This document shows positions 53,998 to 64,000 of a DNA stretch of 64,000 nucleotides, in pieces. Position numbers and translations under genes: made by a program. Position 1 is the stretch's first letter, and every line of letters starts with the position of its first letter. This stretch comes from Cyclobacteriaceae bacterium (lineage in GTDB: Bacteria > Bacteroidota > Bacteroidia > Cytophagales > Cyclobacteriaceae): positions 2,654,513 to 2,718,512 of the forward strand of contig OZ260101.1 of NCBI GenBank assembly GCA_965284605.1, given 5' to 3'. Below the pieces are notes generated by a model that was not told the origin of the DNA, did no database searches, and worked only from the letters and a program-made list of their open reading frames with translations.

Positions 53998-56811
53998 TTA
54001 TCGGCTTAGGTATAAATTTCGTTTTGAATAAATTTCAAGGAAATAATCATCTAACAAGTCATCTATAAAGTAGATGGCTTCACCAGTCGATTTCATTTCA
54101 GGCCCCAATTCCTTATTAACATTCGGGAATTTATGGAATGAGAATACTGGTTCTTTGATAGCGTAGCCTTTCTTTACTGGCTTGAAATCAAAATCTGTTA
54201 CCTTCTTCTCACCCAACATTACCTTTGTGGCGTAATTCACATAAGGCTCCTGATAAGCTTTTCCTATGAATGGAACGGTTCTAGACGCTCTTGGGTTCGC
54301 TTCAATGATATAAACTTGATCATCTTTTACAGCAAACTGAATGTTGATCAGTCCTTTGGTCTCTAGTGCCAGCGCAATTTTCTTGGTATGCTCCTCAATT
54401 TGACGCATTACAATATCTCCCAGACTGTATGGAGGTAATAGGGCGTATGAATCTCCAGAGTGAATTCCTGCAGGTTCAATGTGCTCCATTATTCCGATGA
54501 TGTAGACATTCTCTCCATCACAGATGGCGTCTGCTTCGGCCTCTTTAGCACCTTCTAAGAAGTGGTCAAGTAGGACTCGGTTACCAGGGATATCTTTTAG
54601 AATATTCACGACATGCTCTTCAAGCTCCTGCTCATTGATCACGATTTTCATACCCTGTCCACCTAATACATAGGAAGGTCTAACTAATAATGGGAATCCG
54701 ATTTCTTTAGAAAGTTCTAAGGCCTCATCAGCATCTTCGATGACACCAAACTTCGGATACGGTATGTCGTTTTCAGCAAGTAATGTAGAGAACCTACCTC
54801 TATCTTCGGCAAGGTCAAGTGCTTTAAAGCTCGTACCAATAATTTTGATACCATAGCGATCTAGCTTTTCAGCAAGCTTTAAGGCTGTTTGACCACCTAA
54901 CTGAACGATGACACCTTCAGGTTTTTCGTGTAGGATGATGTCATATATATGCTCCCAGAACACCGGCTCAAAGTAGAGTTTGTCCGCAGTGTCAAAGTCA
55001 GTAGATACTGTCTCTGGGTTACAATTGATCATGATCGTTTCATAACCACACTCTTTAGCAGCGTAAAGCCCGTGTACACAACAGTAATCGAATTCTATGC
55101 CTTGACCAATTCGGTTGGGTCCTGACCCGAGTACTATGATCTTTTTCTTATCTGTTACGATAGACTCATTTTCGGTATCAAAACTTGAGTAGTAATATGG
55201 TGTTTGTGCTTCAAACTCAGCGGCACAAGTATCTACCATTTTGTAGACTCTCTTAATTCCTAGTTCATGCCTTCTGTTGAAGACTTTACTTTCGAGACAG
55301 TCCAACAAGTGTGCAATCTGTCTATCGGCATAGCCTTTTTCCTTGGCCATTTTTAATAGGCCTTCAGGAAGTGTGTCTAAAGTGTGCTTCTCAATTTCTT
55401 TCTCTAACGATATGAGTTCTTCAATTTGCTGCAAGAACCATTTGTCGATCTTGGTCTTTTTCTGAATGGTTTTGAAAGGAATACCAAGTTTAAAAGCATC
55501 GTAAATATGGAAGAGTCTGTTCCAGCTAGGATTCTCCAGACTATTCAATAATACGGCTTGATCTTTTACTTCTTTCCCATCAGCACCGAGTCCGTTTCGC
55601 TTGATCTCGAGTGATTGACAAGCTTTCTGTAGTGCTTCTTGAAAGTTTCTACCAATACCCATTGCTTCACCTACAGATTTCATCTGAAGGCCTAGCTTTC
55701 TGTCAGCACCTTTGAACTTGTCGAAGTTCCAGCGAGGAATCTTTACAATAACGTAATCCAAAGCCGGCTCAAAGAAGGCTGATGTTGTTTTGGTGATTTG
55801 GTTTTTCAGCTCATCCAAGTTGTAACCGATTGCTAGCTTAGCTGCAATCTTGGCAATAGGATAGCCAGTTGCTTTAGACGCCAAGGCAGATGATCTTGAA
55901 ACCCTGGGGTTAATTTCGATGCCAATGATTTCCTCATTGTCTGGTCCTACAGAAAACTGAACATTACAGCCTCCGGCAAATTGACCAATGGCATTCATCA
56001 TGTGAATGGCCATATCGCGCATGCGCTGATAAGTAGTGTCCGAAAGCGTCATGGCAGGTGCCACGGTAATGGAATCACCGGTATGCACACCCATTGGGTC
56101 GAAGTTCTCAATTGAACAGATGATGATAACGTTTCCTATATCATCCCTCAGTAATTCCAGTTCGTATTCTTTCCAGCCCAGTATACTTTGTTCTACTAAT
56201 ACTTCGTGGATAGGAGAAGCATTCAAACCACGCGTAAGCGCTTCATCAAATTCTTCTTGATTATGGACGAACCCACCACCATAGCCACCTAAAGTGTATG
56301 ATGGTCTAATGACCAATGGGAATCCAATTTCTTGGGCAATTTCTTTACCCTTTAGGAAAGACGTAGCAGTTTCTCCTTTACAGACCCCAACGCCAATCTC
56401 CTGCATTTTGAGACGGAATTTCTCACGATCTTCCGTGGTTTCAATGGCATTAATGTCTACACCAATGATTCGGGTATTGTACTTCTCCCAAATCCCAGCC
56501 TTGTCACAGTCAATGGCAAGATTCAATGCGGTTTGACCACCCATAGTGGGTAATACTGCATCGATTTGATGCTTTTCAAGGATCTCAATAATTGACTTTT
56601 TGGTAAGTGGCTTGAGGTAAATGTTATCAGCCATCACGGGGTCAGTCATGATTGTGGCTGGGTTCGAATTGATGAGTGTTACTTCAATTCCCTCTTCTCT
56701 TAGTGATCGGGATGCTTGAGATCCCGAATAATCAAACTCACAGGCTTGACCAATGATGATTGGCCCACTTCCAATGATTAGGATGGATTTAATGCTATTA
56801 TCTTTCGGCAT
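53998..56811 (-). CDS. carB: Carbamoyl-phosphate synthase large subunit
   Basis: 937-aa product with duplicated ATP-grasp halves (ILIIGSGPIIIGQACEFDYSGSQA... and IIVLGSGPNRIGQGIEFDYCCVH...). Confidence 0.95.
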   Translation of the reverse strand: MPKDNSIKSILIIGSGPIIIGQACEFDYSGSQASRSLREEGIEVTLINSNPATIMTDPVMADNIYLKPLTKKSIIEILEKHQIDAVLPTMGGQTALNLAIDCDKAGIWEKYNTRIIGVDINAIETTEDREKFRLKMQEIGVGVCKGETATSFLKGKEIAQEIGFPLVIRPSYTLGGYGGGFVHNQEEFDEALTRGLNASPIHEVLVEQSILGWKEYELELLRDDIGNVIIICSIENFDPMGVHTGDSITVAPAMTLSDTTYQRMRDMAIHMMNAIGQFAGGCNVQFSVGPDNEEIIGIEINPRVSRSSALASKATGYPIAKIAAKLAIGYNLDELKNQITKTTSAFFEPALDYVIVKIPRWNFDKFKGADRKLGLQMKSVGEAMGIGRNFQEALQKACQSLEIKRNGLGADGKEVKDQAVLLNSLENPSWNRLFHIYDAFKLGIPFKTIQKKTKIDKWFLQQIEELISLEKEIEKHTLDTLPEGLLKMAKEKGYADRQIAHLLDCLESKVFNRRHELGIKRVYKMVDTCAAEFEAQTPYYYSSFDTENESIVTDKKKIIVLGSGPNRIGQGIEFDYCCVHGLYAAKECGYETIMINCNPETVSTDFDTADKLYFEPVFWEHIYDIILHEKPEGVIVQLGGQTALKLAEKLDRYGIKIIGTSFKALDLAEDRGRFSTLLAENDIPYPKFGVIEDADEALELSKEIGFPLLVRPSYVLGGQGMKIVINEQELEEHVVNILKDIPGNRVLLDHFLEGAKEAEADAICDGENVYIIGIMEHIEPAGIHSGDSYALLPPYSLGDIVMRQIEEHTKKIALALETKGLINIQFAVKDDQVYIIEANPRASRTVPFIGKAYQEPYVNYATKVMLGEKKVTDFDFKPVKKGYAIKEPVFSFHKFPNVNKELGPEMKSTGEAIYFIDDLLDDYFLEIYSKRNLYLSR

Positions 56812-57006
56812 GTTGTAAGTAAAGAACGACTGGTTGACTTAGGTACAAATTGGGGCAAAGTTATACCTTAAAGCTAATAATCAAAACGAGTTTTTCATTA
56901 ATCAATCTCGAATCATTTTTTGAACCTTTTGATTTTTATCTAAATGGGAGAATTGAAAAAAGTGCTAATTTGCTTGAACTTACATTTACCTCGAAAATTC
57001 AACAAA

Positions 57007-57429
57007 ATGAAAAACGCTAACCAAATCAAAAGCACCCTTAGTCTATTAATCATGCTTCTATTTGTAGTAGGCTGTGCAGCCTCTAATACCGCAAACACAG
57101 CTGGTGCTTCAAAAAAATCTCGAAAAGAAAAAGCCTATGATCCAACTGGAACTTGGGAGTATACAGTTGATGCACCTGACGGTGCAACAGGTGGAAAACT
57201 TATGATTCAAGGTGCACCAGGAACTTACTCTGCCTCACTAGAGACCGATCAGTTTGGTACGCTAGAACTGACGGACGTAGATTTTCAAGGAACTTCTATG
57301 ACGGGTGTCATCGATGTGATGGGGAACAGCGCAGCCATAGAATGTGATTTTGAAGGAGAATCATTCAGTGGTTACGTTTATTTCGGTGAAGATGCCCTTC
57401 CAATGGAAGGTAGGAGAGTAAGCAAGTAG
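57007..57429 (+). CDS. Small lipoprotein of unknown function
   Basis: I chose the start at 57007 (MKNANQIKSTLSLLIMLLFVVGCAASN, which contains a lipobox). The track start at 56944 adds a non-signal extension. Confidence 0.6.
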   Translation: MKNANQIKSTLSLLIMLLFVVGCAASNTANTAGASKKSRKEKAYDPTGTWEYTVDAPDGATGGKLMIQGAPGTYSASLETDQFGTLELTDVDFQGTSMTGVIDVMGNSAAIECDFEGESFSGYVYFGEDALPMEGRRVSK

Positions 57430-57484
57430 TTTCTCACCTTAGATATTTTAAGGTCTGTTTTAGTTGACCTTCTTAAAGCATAAG

Positions 57485-57515
57485 AAAAGGGAAGTCGATA
57501 TTCGACTTCCCTTTT
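57485..57515. terminator. Bidirectional intrinsic terminator between convergent genes
   Basis: aaaa-GGGAAGTCGA-tat-TCGACTTCCC-tttt has a perfect 10-bp stem. Confidence 0.8.
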
Positions 57516-57536
57516 CTGTTATTATTTATCATCAAC

Positions 57537-58937
57537 TTATACGTTTAGTGCTCTATTATCGGTAGCGGCTAAACAAGCTTCTTTAAATGCTTCGGTATAT
57601 GTTGGGTGTGCATGTGACATGCGAGATATATCTTCAGCAGAAGCTCTGAATTCCATGGCGACAACGGCTTCAGAAATCATATCTGCTGCTCTGGCTCCAA
57701 TCATGTGAACACCTAAGATTTCGTCTGTCTCTTTGTCGGCAAGTACTTTCACTAAGCCAGAGACATCCATAGAGGCTTGTGCTCTACCTAATGCCCTGTA
57801 GGGGAATGAGCCTGATTTGTAAGCTTTTCCACTTTCTTTGAGTTGTTCTTCAGTTTGGCCTACGGCCGCTACTTCTGGCCAAGTGTATACTACGCCAGGA
57901 ATGAGGTTGTAATTAATATGAGGCTTTTGGCCGTTCATCACTTCCGCAACAAATACGCCTTCTTCCTCGGCTTTGTGGGCAAGCATTGCTCCTTTAATGA
58001 CATCGCCAAGGGCGTATATATTATCAACTGAAGTTTTGAGGTGACCATCTACCTCTATTCTACCTTTGTCGTCAGTTTTAATGCCAACGTTTTCCAAGCC
58101 AAGACTATCGGTGTAAGGTCTTCTTCCAATAGAAACCAAGCAATAGTCTCCTTTGAGGTCTATGACTTCACCTTTTTTGTTTTCAGCCGAAACCGTAACC
58201 GTTTTAGCAGTCGATTTCACACCAGTAACTTTGTGCCCTAGGTAGAAATTAAAGCCTAGTTTCTTCAATGACTTTTTCAGCTCACGGCCCATAGTTTTGT
58301 CCATTGACGGGATGATGTCGTCCATAAACTCAACAACCGATACTTCAGCTCCCAAACGCCCGTAAACCGAACCTAATTCCATTCCAATTACACCACCACC
58401 AATAATGATCATGTGTTTAGGAATTTCCTTCAATTCTAAGGCTTCAGTAGAAGTGATTACTCTCTTTTTATCAATGTCGATAAATGGGAGTGAAGAAGGT
58501 TTCGAACCTGTTGCAATGATAATCTTGTCTGTTTCTACTTTGGTTTCTTTACCCTCAGAATCTGTGACCTTAACGTTGTTTTTGTCGATGAAAGAACCCA
58601 TGCCATGGAAGACATCGATTTTATTCTTTTTCATGAGGAAATCTACACCTCCCGTAACTTGAGAAACAACGGCCGCTTTTCTGTCGATCATTTGTTTCAA
58701 GTTCACTTTTAGGTCTTTCAACTCAATCCCATGATCTCCGAAAGTATGGGCGGCATTATGATAGTGCTCGGAAGAATCCAAAAGTGCTTTTGATGGAATA
58801 CAGCCAACATTAAGGCAGGTACCACCAAGCGTATTGTACTTCTCAATAATCGCGGTTTTCATGCCTAACTGAGCACATCTGATGGCCGCAATGTACCCAC
58901 CGGGTCCTGAGCCTATTACTGTTACATCGTATTTCAT
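57537..58937 (-). CDS. lpdA: Dihydrolipoyl dehydrogenase (E3)
   Basis: The product carries VIGSGPGGYIAAIRCAQLG...GGTCLNVGCIPSK... and the C-terminal HAHPTYTEA. Confidence 0.93.
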   Translation of the reverse strand: MKYDVTVIGSGPGGYIAAIRCAQLGMKTAIIEKYNTLGGTCLNVGCIPSKALLDSSEHYHNAAHTFGDHGIELKDLKVNLKQMIDRKAAVVSQVTGGVDFLMKKNKIDVFHGMGSFIDKNNVKVTDSEGKETKVETDKIIIATGSKPSSLPFIDIDKKRVITSTEALELKEIPKHMIIIGGGVIGMELGSVYGRLGAEVSVVEFMDDIIPSMDKTMGRELKKSLKKLGFNFYLGHKVTGVKSTAKTVTVSAENKKGEVIDLKGDYCLVSIGRRPYTDSLGLENVGIKTDDKGRIEVDGHLKTSVDNIYALGDVIKGAMLAHKAEEEGVFVAEVMNGQKPHINYNLIPGVVYTWPEVAAVGQTEEQLKESGKAYKSGSFPYRALGRAQASMDVSGLVKVLADKETDEILGVHMIGARAADMISEAVVAMEFRASAEDISRMSHAHPTYTEAFKEACLAATDNRALNV

Positions 58938-58976
58938 TTTCGAGTATTTAGTATTAAGAACTGAGTATTGAGATAA

Positions 58977-60509
58977 TTAAATTCCGAGCAATAGACGTGT
59001 TGGGTCTTCCAATAATTCCTTCACTCTCACTAAGAAACTTACAGACTCACGTCCATCTACAATCCTGTGATCATAAGAGAGTGCTACGTACATGATTGGT
59101 AAAATTTGAACTTCACCATTGACTGCCATCGGACGCTCCACAATGTTGTGCATTCCAAGGATTGCAGATTGTGGGGAATTGATAATTGGAGTGGATAGCA
59201 TTGAACCGAAAATACCTCCATTGGTCACTGTGAAAGTTCCTCCGGTCATTTCGTCAATCGTCAGTTTTCCGTCTCTAGCTTTAGTAGCTAGGCGAACAAT
59301 CTCTTTTTCGATTTGATCGAAGCTCATTGATTCTGCATTTCGGATTACAGGTACCATTAAGCCTTTAGGCGCTGAAACTGCAATCGAAACGTCAACAAAA
59401 TCACTATATACGATTTCATTGTCCTCAATACGAGCATTGACTGCTGGCCATTCTTTAGCCGCCATAGTTACTGCCTTTGTGAAGAATGACATAAAGCCAA
59501 GTCCAACTTCGTATTTCTCTTTAAACTGCTCCTTATATTTCTTTCTCAGATCCATGATCGGTTTCATGTTCACCTCATTAAATGTGGTTAACATGGCCGT
59601 TTCATTCTTTACAGAGACAAGTCTTTTGGCAACTGTCTTTCTAAGCGCAGACATGCGCTCTCTGCTTTCGTTTCTGCCACCAGAAACCGCAGGTGCCTGA
59701 GGAGCTTCTTCTTTAGCTGGAGTAGCCGCTGGTTTAGGAGCTGAAGCCTGTGCTTTTTTGGCATCTTCCTTTGTAATTCTTCCGTCTTTTCCTGAACCCG
59801 TAACGGCAGAGGCTGATATTCCTTTTTCAGCCAGAATTTTGGCTGCGGCTGGAGAGGCATGCCCGGTAGCATAGGTTTCGTTGCCGCTTGATTGAGTACT
59901 TGATTCTGCAGCAGATGGCGCAGATGCTGGTGCTTCCTCGGCAGGAGCACCCTCCATTACTTCAATTTTACAAATCAAAGCACCTATTTCTATGGTAGAG
60001 TCTTCTTCTGCTACAATGCGTAAGATTCCGTTGGCTTCAGCCGGTAATTCGAAAGTAGCCTTGTCAGAGTCTACTTCAGCGATTACCTCGTCAAGTTCAA
60101 CAAAGTCTCCGTCTGCTTTCAGCCAACTGGAGATCGTTACTTCGGTGATAGATTCACCAACCGTAGGCACAATCATTTCTTTGATTTCGCCAGTGGCTTT
60201 CGGTCCATCAGATGAGGCAGGTGCTTCAGTCTCTTTTGCAGCAGGAGCTTCGTCCTTCGGGGCAGCTGCTGCGTCAGCCTCATCGATTTTACAAATTAGG
60301 TCACCAATTTCGAGTGTATCGCCCTCTTTGGCTATAATTTGAAGTGTGCCGGCTGCTTCCGCATTCAATTCGAAAGTAGCTTTATCAGATTCAAGCTCGC
60401 AGATCACTTCGTCCATTTCGACATGATCTCCTTCTTGCTTGAACCACTGTGCAATGGTTACTTCTGTGATTGATTCACCAACTGCAGGAACTTTGATTTC
60501 CAAACTCAT
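58977..60509 (-). CDS. sucB: Dihydrolipoyllysine-residue succinyltransferase (E2 of 2-oxoglutarate dehydrogenase), two lipoyl domains
   Basis: There are two lipoyl domains ([11 protein letters not shown] and [11 protein letters not shown]), Ala/Pro-rich linkers, and a catalytic domain ending ...[12 protein letters not shown].... Confidence 0.9.
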   Translation of the reverse strand: MSLEIKVPAVGESITEVTIAQWFKQEGDHVEMDEVICELESDKATFELNAEAAGTLQIIAKEGDTLEIGDLICKIDEADAAAAPKDEAPAAKETEAPASSDGPKATGEIKEMIVPTVGESITEVTISSWLKADGDFVELDEVIAEVDSDKATFELPAEANGILRIVAEEDSTIEIGALICKIEVMEGAPAEEAPASAPSAAESSTQSSGNETYATGHASPAAAKILAEKGISASAVTGSGKDGRITKEDAKKAQASAPKPAATPAKEEAPQAPAVSGGRNESRERMSALRKTVAKRLVSVKNETAMLTTFNEVNMKPIMDLRKKYKEQFKEKYEVGLGFMSFFTKAVTMAAKEWPAVNARIEDNEIVYSDFVDVSIAVSAPKGLMVPVIRNAESMSFDQIEKEIVRLATKARDGKLTIDEMTGGTFTVTNGGIFGSMLSTPIINSPQSAILGMHNIVERPMAVNGEVQILPIMYVALSYDHRIVDGRESVSFLVRVKELLEDPTRLLLGI

Positions 60510-60521
60510 GATTCTATTGAT

Positions 60522-63263
60522 TTAAGCGAAAGCTTTATTAATAATTTCTTCTTGTTCTTGAGCGTGAACCTTGGCGTAACCAGTAGCAGGTGATGCACTT
60601 GCTTTTCTCGATATCAAAGTAAGGCTCTTCTCTTTATATGCACGCTGCACAAAGCTCCAATAGCCCATGTTTTCTGGCTCTTCTTGTAGCCAGAAGTATT
60701 CAGCGTTTTTATACTTATCTAGTATTTTGTTTACCTGACCAGCAGGGAACGGTTGCAATTGCTCAATTCTGATCAATGCAACATCTTTTCTCTTATCCTT
60801 CTCTTTGCGTTCAAGCAGGTCGTAGTAAACTTTGCCCGAACAAAGGATCACTTTTTTGACAGACTTGGCTGTAACATTATCATCACCAATTACTTCTTGG
60901 AATTTACCCGAAGTAAACTCCTCCAGAGGAGAAACTGCCTTAGAATGTCTCAACAATGACTTAGGTGACATAACCACAAGTGGTTTTCTAAACTCCCATG
61001 TCATTTGTCTTCTCAAAGCATGGAAGAAGTTTGATGGTGTGGTGATGTTCGCCACTACCATGTTATACTCCGCACTTAGTTGAAGGTATCTCTCAGGTCT
61101 GGCGTTTGAGTGCTCAGGCCCTTGTCCTTCATAGCCGTGTGGTAATAATAAAACAAGACCATTCATGCGTTGCCATTTCGTTTCTGAACAAGAAACAAAT
61201 TGGTCTATCATTACTTGGGCCCCGTTGGCAAAGTCACCGAACTGGGCTTCCCAAATCGTTAAAGCATTTGGATTAGCCATGGCATATCCAAACTCAAAGC
61301 CCATTACACCGAACTCGGAGAGTAAAGAGTTATAAATTTCAAATTGGTTTTCTATTCCCTCAATATGGTCTAGGCTATTATGTGCATGATTGGTGTTCAT
61401 GTCATGCAATACAGCATGGCGATGAGAGAATGTGCCTCTCTGAACATCTTGACCCGTCAGCCTAACTTTTTTGCCGTCTAATAGGAGAGAGCCATAAGCT
61501 AATAATTCACCACCGGCCCAGTTCAACATTTTGTCCTTGAAGAACATGTCTTTCCTTTGCTTGAGCTGCTTTTCGATCTGCTTCAGCGGTTTAAACCCAT
61601 CCGGCACAGAAGTCAATGCCTTAGCTACTTTATCGATATCATCTTGGGTCATGCCTGTCTCAGGAGAACTATCGAAGTCTTCGGGTTTTGACCTTCTCAG
61701 GTTTCTCCACTCTTCTTCTAGCGGCTGATATACATATGGCAAAGGCTTTTGCTTGACAAGATTCAAACGGTCTTGGAGCGTGCTTCTGAACTCTTTGTCC
61801 ATGTTTTTCGCTAAAGCCGCTTCAACCTCACCTTTCTCAATGAGCTGCTTGTTATAAACCTCTCGCGGGTTGGGGTGCTTGGAAATCTTGTTGTATAAAG
61901 ACGGTTGGGTGAATTTAGGTTCATCACTTTCGTTGTGGCCATGTCTACGGTAGCAGACCATATCGACAAAAATGTCTCGATGAAATTTTTGCCTGTATTC
62001 AACGGCAAATTGAACGCAGAAGATCACGGCTTCAGGATCGTCTCCATTTACGTGGAGGACTGGTGCGTCAATTATTTTCGCAACATCGGTAGAGTAAATA
62101 CTTGAACGCGCATCGTCAAAGTCAGTCGTAAAACCTACTTGGTTGTTTATGACAAAATGAATTGTACCACCTGTACTGTAGCCTTCGAGCTTACTCATTT
62201 GTACAATCTCATACATGATGCCTTGCCCTGCGACTGCGGCATCGCCATGAATGAGAATCGGAAGTATTTTGGATCTATCTCTTTTGTACTCCTCGTCACC
62301 CTTAGCGCGAACAAACCCTTGTACAACAGGATTCACAGCTTCTAAATGAGAAGGGTTTGGTGCAAGTTTTAGCTCGACAGTCTTTCCATTAGTTGCTGTT
62401 ACCTGACTTGAATAGCCTAGGTGATATTTTACGTCACCGTCTCCCATAGTTAGGTCAGGTGTAGCTCCACCTTCAAATTCGTTGAAGATTTGCTCGTAAG
62501 TCTTACCCATTATATTGGCCAAAACATTGAGCCTTCCTCGGTGTGCCATTCCGATCATCACCTCTTCTAGGCCTAGCTCTGCACCTTTATTAATAATGGC
62601 ATCTAAAGCTGGAATAGTGGTTTCGCCACCTTCGAGTGAAAATCGTTTTTGGCCGAGGTATTTAGTGTGCAAAAAGTTTTCAAATACTACCGCCTCATTC
62701 AGTTTAGATAGAATACGCTTGCGCTGATCATGTGATGGGTTGAAGCTCAGTGCGTCTTTTTCAATTTTTTCTCTCAACCATTTGAGTTTCTCTGGCTCTC
62801 TGACGGACATGTATTCAAAACCCACGGTGCCCTCATAGATGTACTTTAAGGTTTCTATAATTTTTCTTAATGAAGACCTGCCAATACCTATCTCCTCTCC
62901 CGAAAGAAACTCTGTATCAAGATCTGCATCACTGAGGCCAAAATCCGGAAGATCGAGAATCGGTTTTCTGTCTTTCCTTTCCCTAACAGGGTTTGTATTT
63001 GACCTTAAGTGTGCTCTTGTTCTATAAGCATGAATCAAATTTCTGACTTGAACTTCTTTATCGCTCACAGTACCGGCTGCTCTCGCGGCTGCGGGAGTAG
63101 CTTGGCCGTTCGGTAGCATTGGAAATTGCTCTTGAGCAAATTCAAAGCCTTCGAAGAATTTCTTCCATCCTTCGTCAACACTTTGGGGGTCATCCTTAAA
63201 TTGTTGGTAAAGCGCGTCTATAGCTTTTGGGTCTGCATTACTTAAGTAGGTGTAATTGTCCAT
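60522..63263 (-). CDS. sucA: 2-oxoglutarate dehydrogenase E1 component
   Basis: The product is about 913 aa from the ATG at 63263 (MDNYTYLSNADPKAIDALYQQF..., the typical SucA N-terminus). The track start at 63293 adds 10 aa. Confidence 0.93.
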   Translation of the reverse strand: MDNYTYLSNADPKAIDALYQQFKDDPQSVDEGWKKFFEGFEFAQEQFPMLPNGQATPAAARAAGTVSDKEVQVRNLIHAYRTRAHLRSNTNPVRERKDRKPILDLPDFGLSDADLDTEFLSGEEIGIGRSSLRKIIETLKYIYEGTVGFEYMSVREPEKLKWLREKIEKDALSFNPSHDQRKRILSKLNEAVVFENFLHTKYLGQKRFSLEGGETTIPALDAIINKGAELGLEEVMIGMAHRGRLNVLANIMGKTYEQIFNEFEGGATPDLTMGDGDVKYHLGYSSQVTATNGKTVELKLAPNPSHLEAVNPVVQGFVRAKGDEEYKRDRSKILPILIHGDAAVAGQGIMYEIVQMSKLEGYSTGGTIHFVINNQVGFTTDFDDARSSIYSTDVAKIIDAPVLHVNGDDPEAVIFCVQFAVEYRQKFHRDIFVDMVCYRRHGHNESDEPKFTQPSLYNKISKHPNPREVYNKQLIEKGEVEAALAKNMDKEFRSTLQDRLNLVKQKPLPYVYQPLEEEWRNLRRSKPEDFDSSPETGMTQDDIDKVAKALTSVPDGFKPLKQIEKQLKQRKDMFFKDKMLNWAGGELLAYGSLLLDGKKVRLTGQDVQRGTFSHRHAVLHDMNTNHAHNSLDHIEGIENQFEIYNSLLSEFGVMGFEFGYAMANPNALTIWEAQFGDFANGAQVMIDQFVSCSETKWQRMNGLVLLLPHGYEGQGPEHSNARPERYLQLSAEYNMVVANITTPSNFFHALRRQMTWEFRKPLVVMSPKSLLRHSKAVSPLEEFTSGKFQEVIGDDNVTAKSVKKVILCSGKVYYDLLERKEKDKRKDVALIRIEQLQPFPAGQVNKILDKYKNAEYFWLQEEPENMGYWSFVQRAYKEKSLTLISRKASASPATGYAKVHAQEQEEIINKAFA

Positions 63264-63555
63264 GGGTATCTTGTTCCTGACAGTTAACGACAAAAGTACC
63301 AGAATGGTTTTGGCTTTAAAAACTGCTTACACGGTTAAAGGATTTTGTTAAGTTGAAATACTTTAGGAGAGACTAACTCAGTCTCTCAGTCCAAAAGTTG
63401 GATCGCAGTAATTACCATTCCAATCAGGTAAGACATAAATATAAACAAGGCTGAAGTACTCCTCTAAAAAAATTAATCACTTATCAAAAATTGGTTATTA
63501 TAAAAATAATTCATTAATATTAGTAAAGTTTGATTTTTAATTAAAATATGAACAC

Positions 63556-63756
63556 ATGAAAAAGAAAACAATTTTAGGATTTTTAGGAGTTGTTGCGATG
63601 ATTGTAACGATGACCATTTCAACGCCAAACAAGGCTCAAGCCTTTGAGGGTCAAAAGGTATTGTATTCAAATGCCGAAGGTACATTTTACTGTTGTGCTG
63701 ATATTTCCAATAAGGAGTGCGAAGCTGCTGACTGTGGAGGCCCAATTATAAATTAA
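63556..63756 (+). CDS. Small secreted Cys-rich peptide (66 aa precursor)
   Basis: The signal peptide is MKKKTILGFLGVVAMIVTMTISTPNKAQA. The putative mature 36 aa, FEGQKVLYSNAEGTFYCCADISNKECEAADCGGPIIN, contains 4 Cys. A strong terminator follows. Confidence 0.55.
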   Translation: MKKKTILGFLGVVAMIVTMTISTPNKAQAFEGQKVLYSNAEGTFYCCADISNKECEAADCGGPIIN

Positions 63757-63764
63757 AATTAGTC

Positions 63765-63790
63765 AAGAGGAGTTCGCTCCTCTTTTTTAT
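63765..63790 (+). terminator. Intrinsic terminator directly after the small peptide gene
   Basis: aagaggag-ttcg-ctcctctt has a perfect 8-bp stem followed by tttttt. Confidence 0.8.
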
Positions 63791-63816
63791 TTTCAACACT
63801 TTTTGTTCTAATCTAT

Positions 63817-64000
63817 ATGCGAAAACCATTCCCTTTTTTAATTCTAGTGTGTCTTTTTTTGAGCTGTGAGCGTGATTTGTCAGACCAAGATCAAGGAGAA
63901 TTGTTGGAGTTCGATCTTGATAAACTGACTACTTCCAGATTGACTAATGATTTTGAGCTTGTCAAAATTGTTCAATTGAGTAGTAGAGATGTCTTGCTCG
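63817..64000 (+). CDS. Lipoprotein (3' end outside window)
   Basis: The product begins MRKPFPFLILVCLFLSCERDLSDQDQGELLEFDLDKLTTSRL... with the lipobox LFLSC. The frame is open to the window end. Confidence 0.65.
   Translation, partial: MRKPFPFLILVCLFLSCERDLSDQDQGELLEFDLDKLTTSRLTNDFELVKIVQLSSRDVLL

Noticed and set aside
63366-63390. Hairpin gagagact-aact-cagtctctc upstream of sucA
   Set aside because: There is no flanking U-tract and no conserved partner motif, and its position is compatible with many roles. The evidence is insufficient to call it.

Overview
The window looks like a chromosomal segment of a Bacteroidota genome (Cytophagia/Flavobacteriia-like). Supporting signs are AT-rich DNA, a T9SS type-B C-terminal sorting domain, a PorP/SprF gene, a DUF4834 gene and LSC lipoboxes. 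The left third (1-23.6 kb) is a cell-surface locus with an accessory character. It holds three tandem paralogous regulators (periplasmic TPR, one TM helix, degenerate histidine-kinase core, AraC HTH), a small LuxR-like HTH protein, and a 4303-aa adhesin. The adhesin has about 37 Ig-like repeats, two cadherin-like domains and a T9SS type-B CTD, and is followed by its PorP/SprF-OmpA partner. The remainder is mostly housekeeping: initiator tRNA-Met, era, der, a MurNAc-recycling operon (kinase-murQ plus two unknown genes), an M19 dipeptidase, nqrF, a SAM-I riboswitch in front of metX-hom, accD, a TetR/KAS-III pair, carB and sucA-sucB-lpd. Interspersed are a GC-rich palindromic repeat family around a DUF559 gene and a 9-kb conserved but uncharacterised membrane cluster (RDD / SpoIIM-like / DUF4129 / DUF4350 / MoxR / DUF58). 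There are also two lipoprotein genes preceded by short Cys-containing ORFs. I found no CRISPR array, no rRNA, no transposase or integrase, and no recognisable defence-system hallmarks. All family assignments come from reading the translated ORFs by eye for motifs; no search was run.
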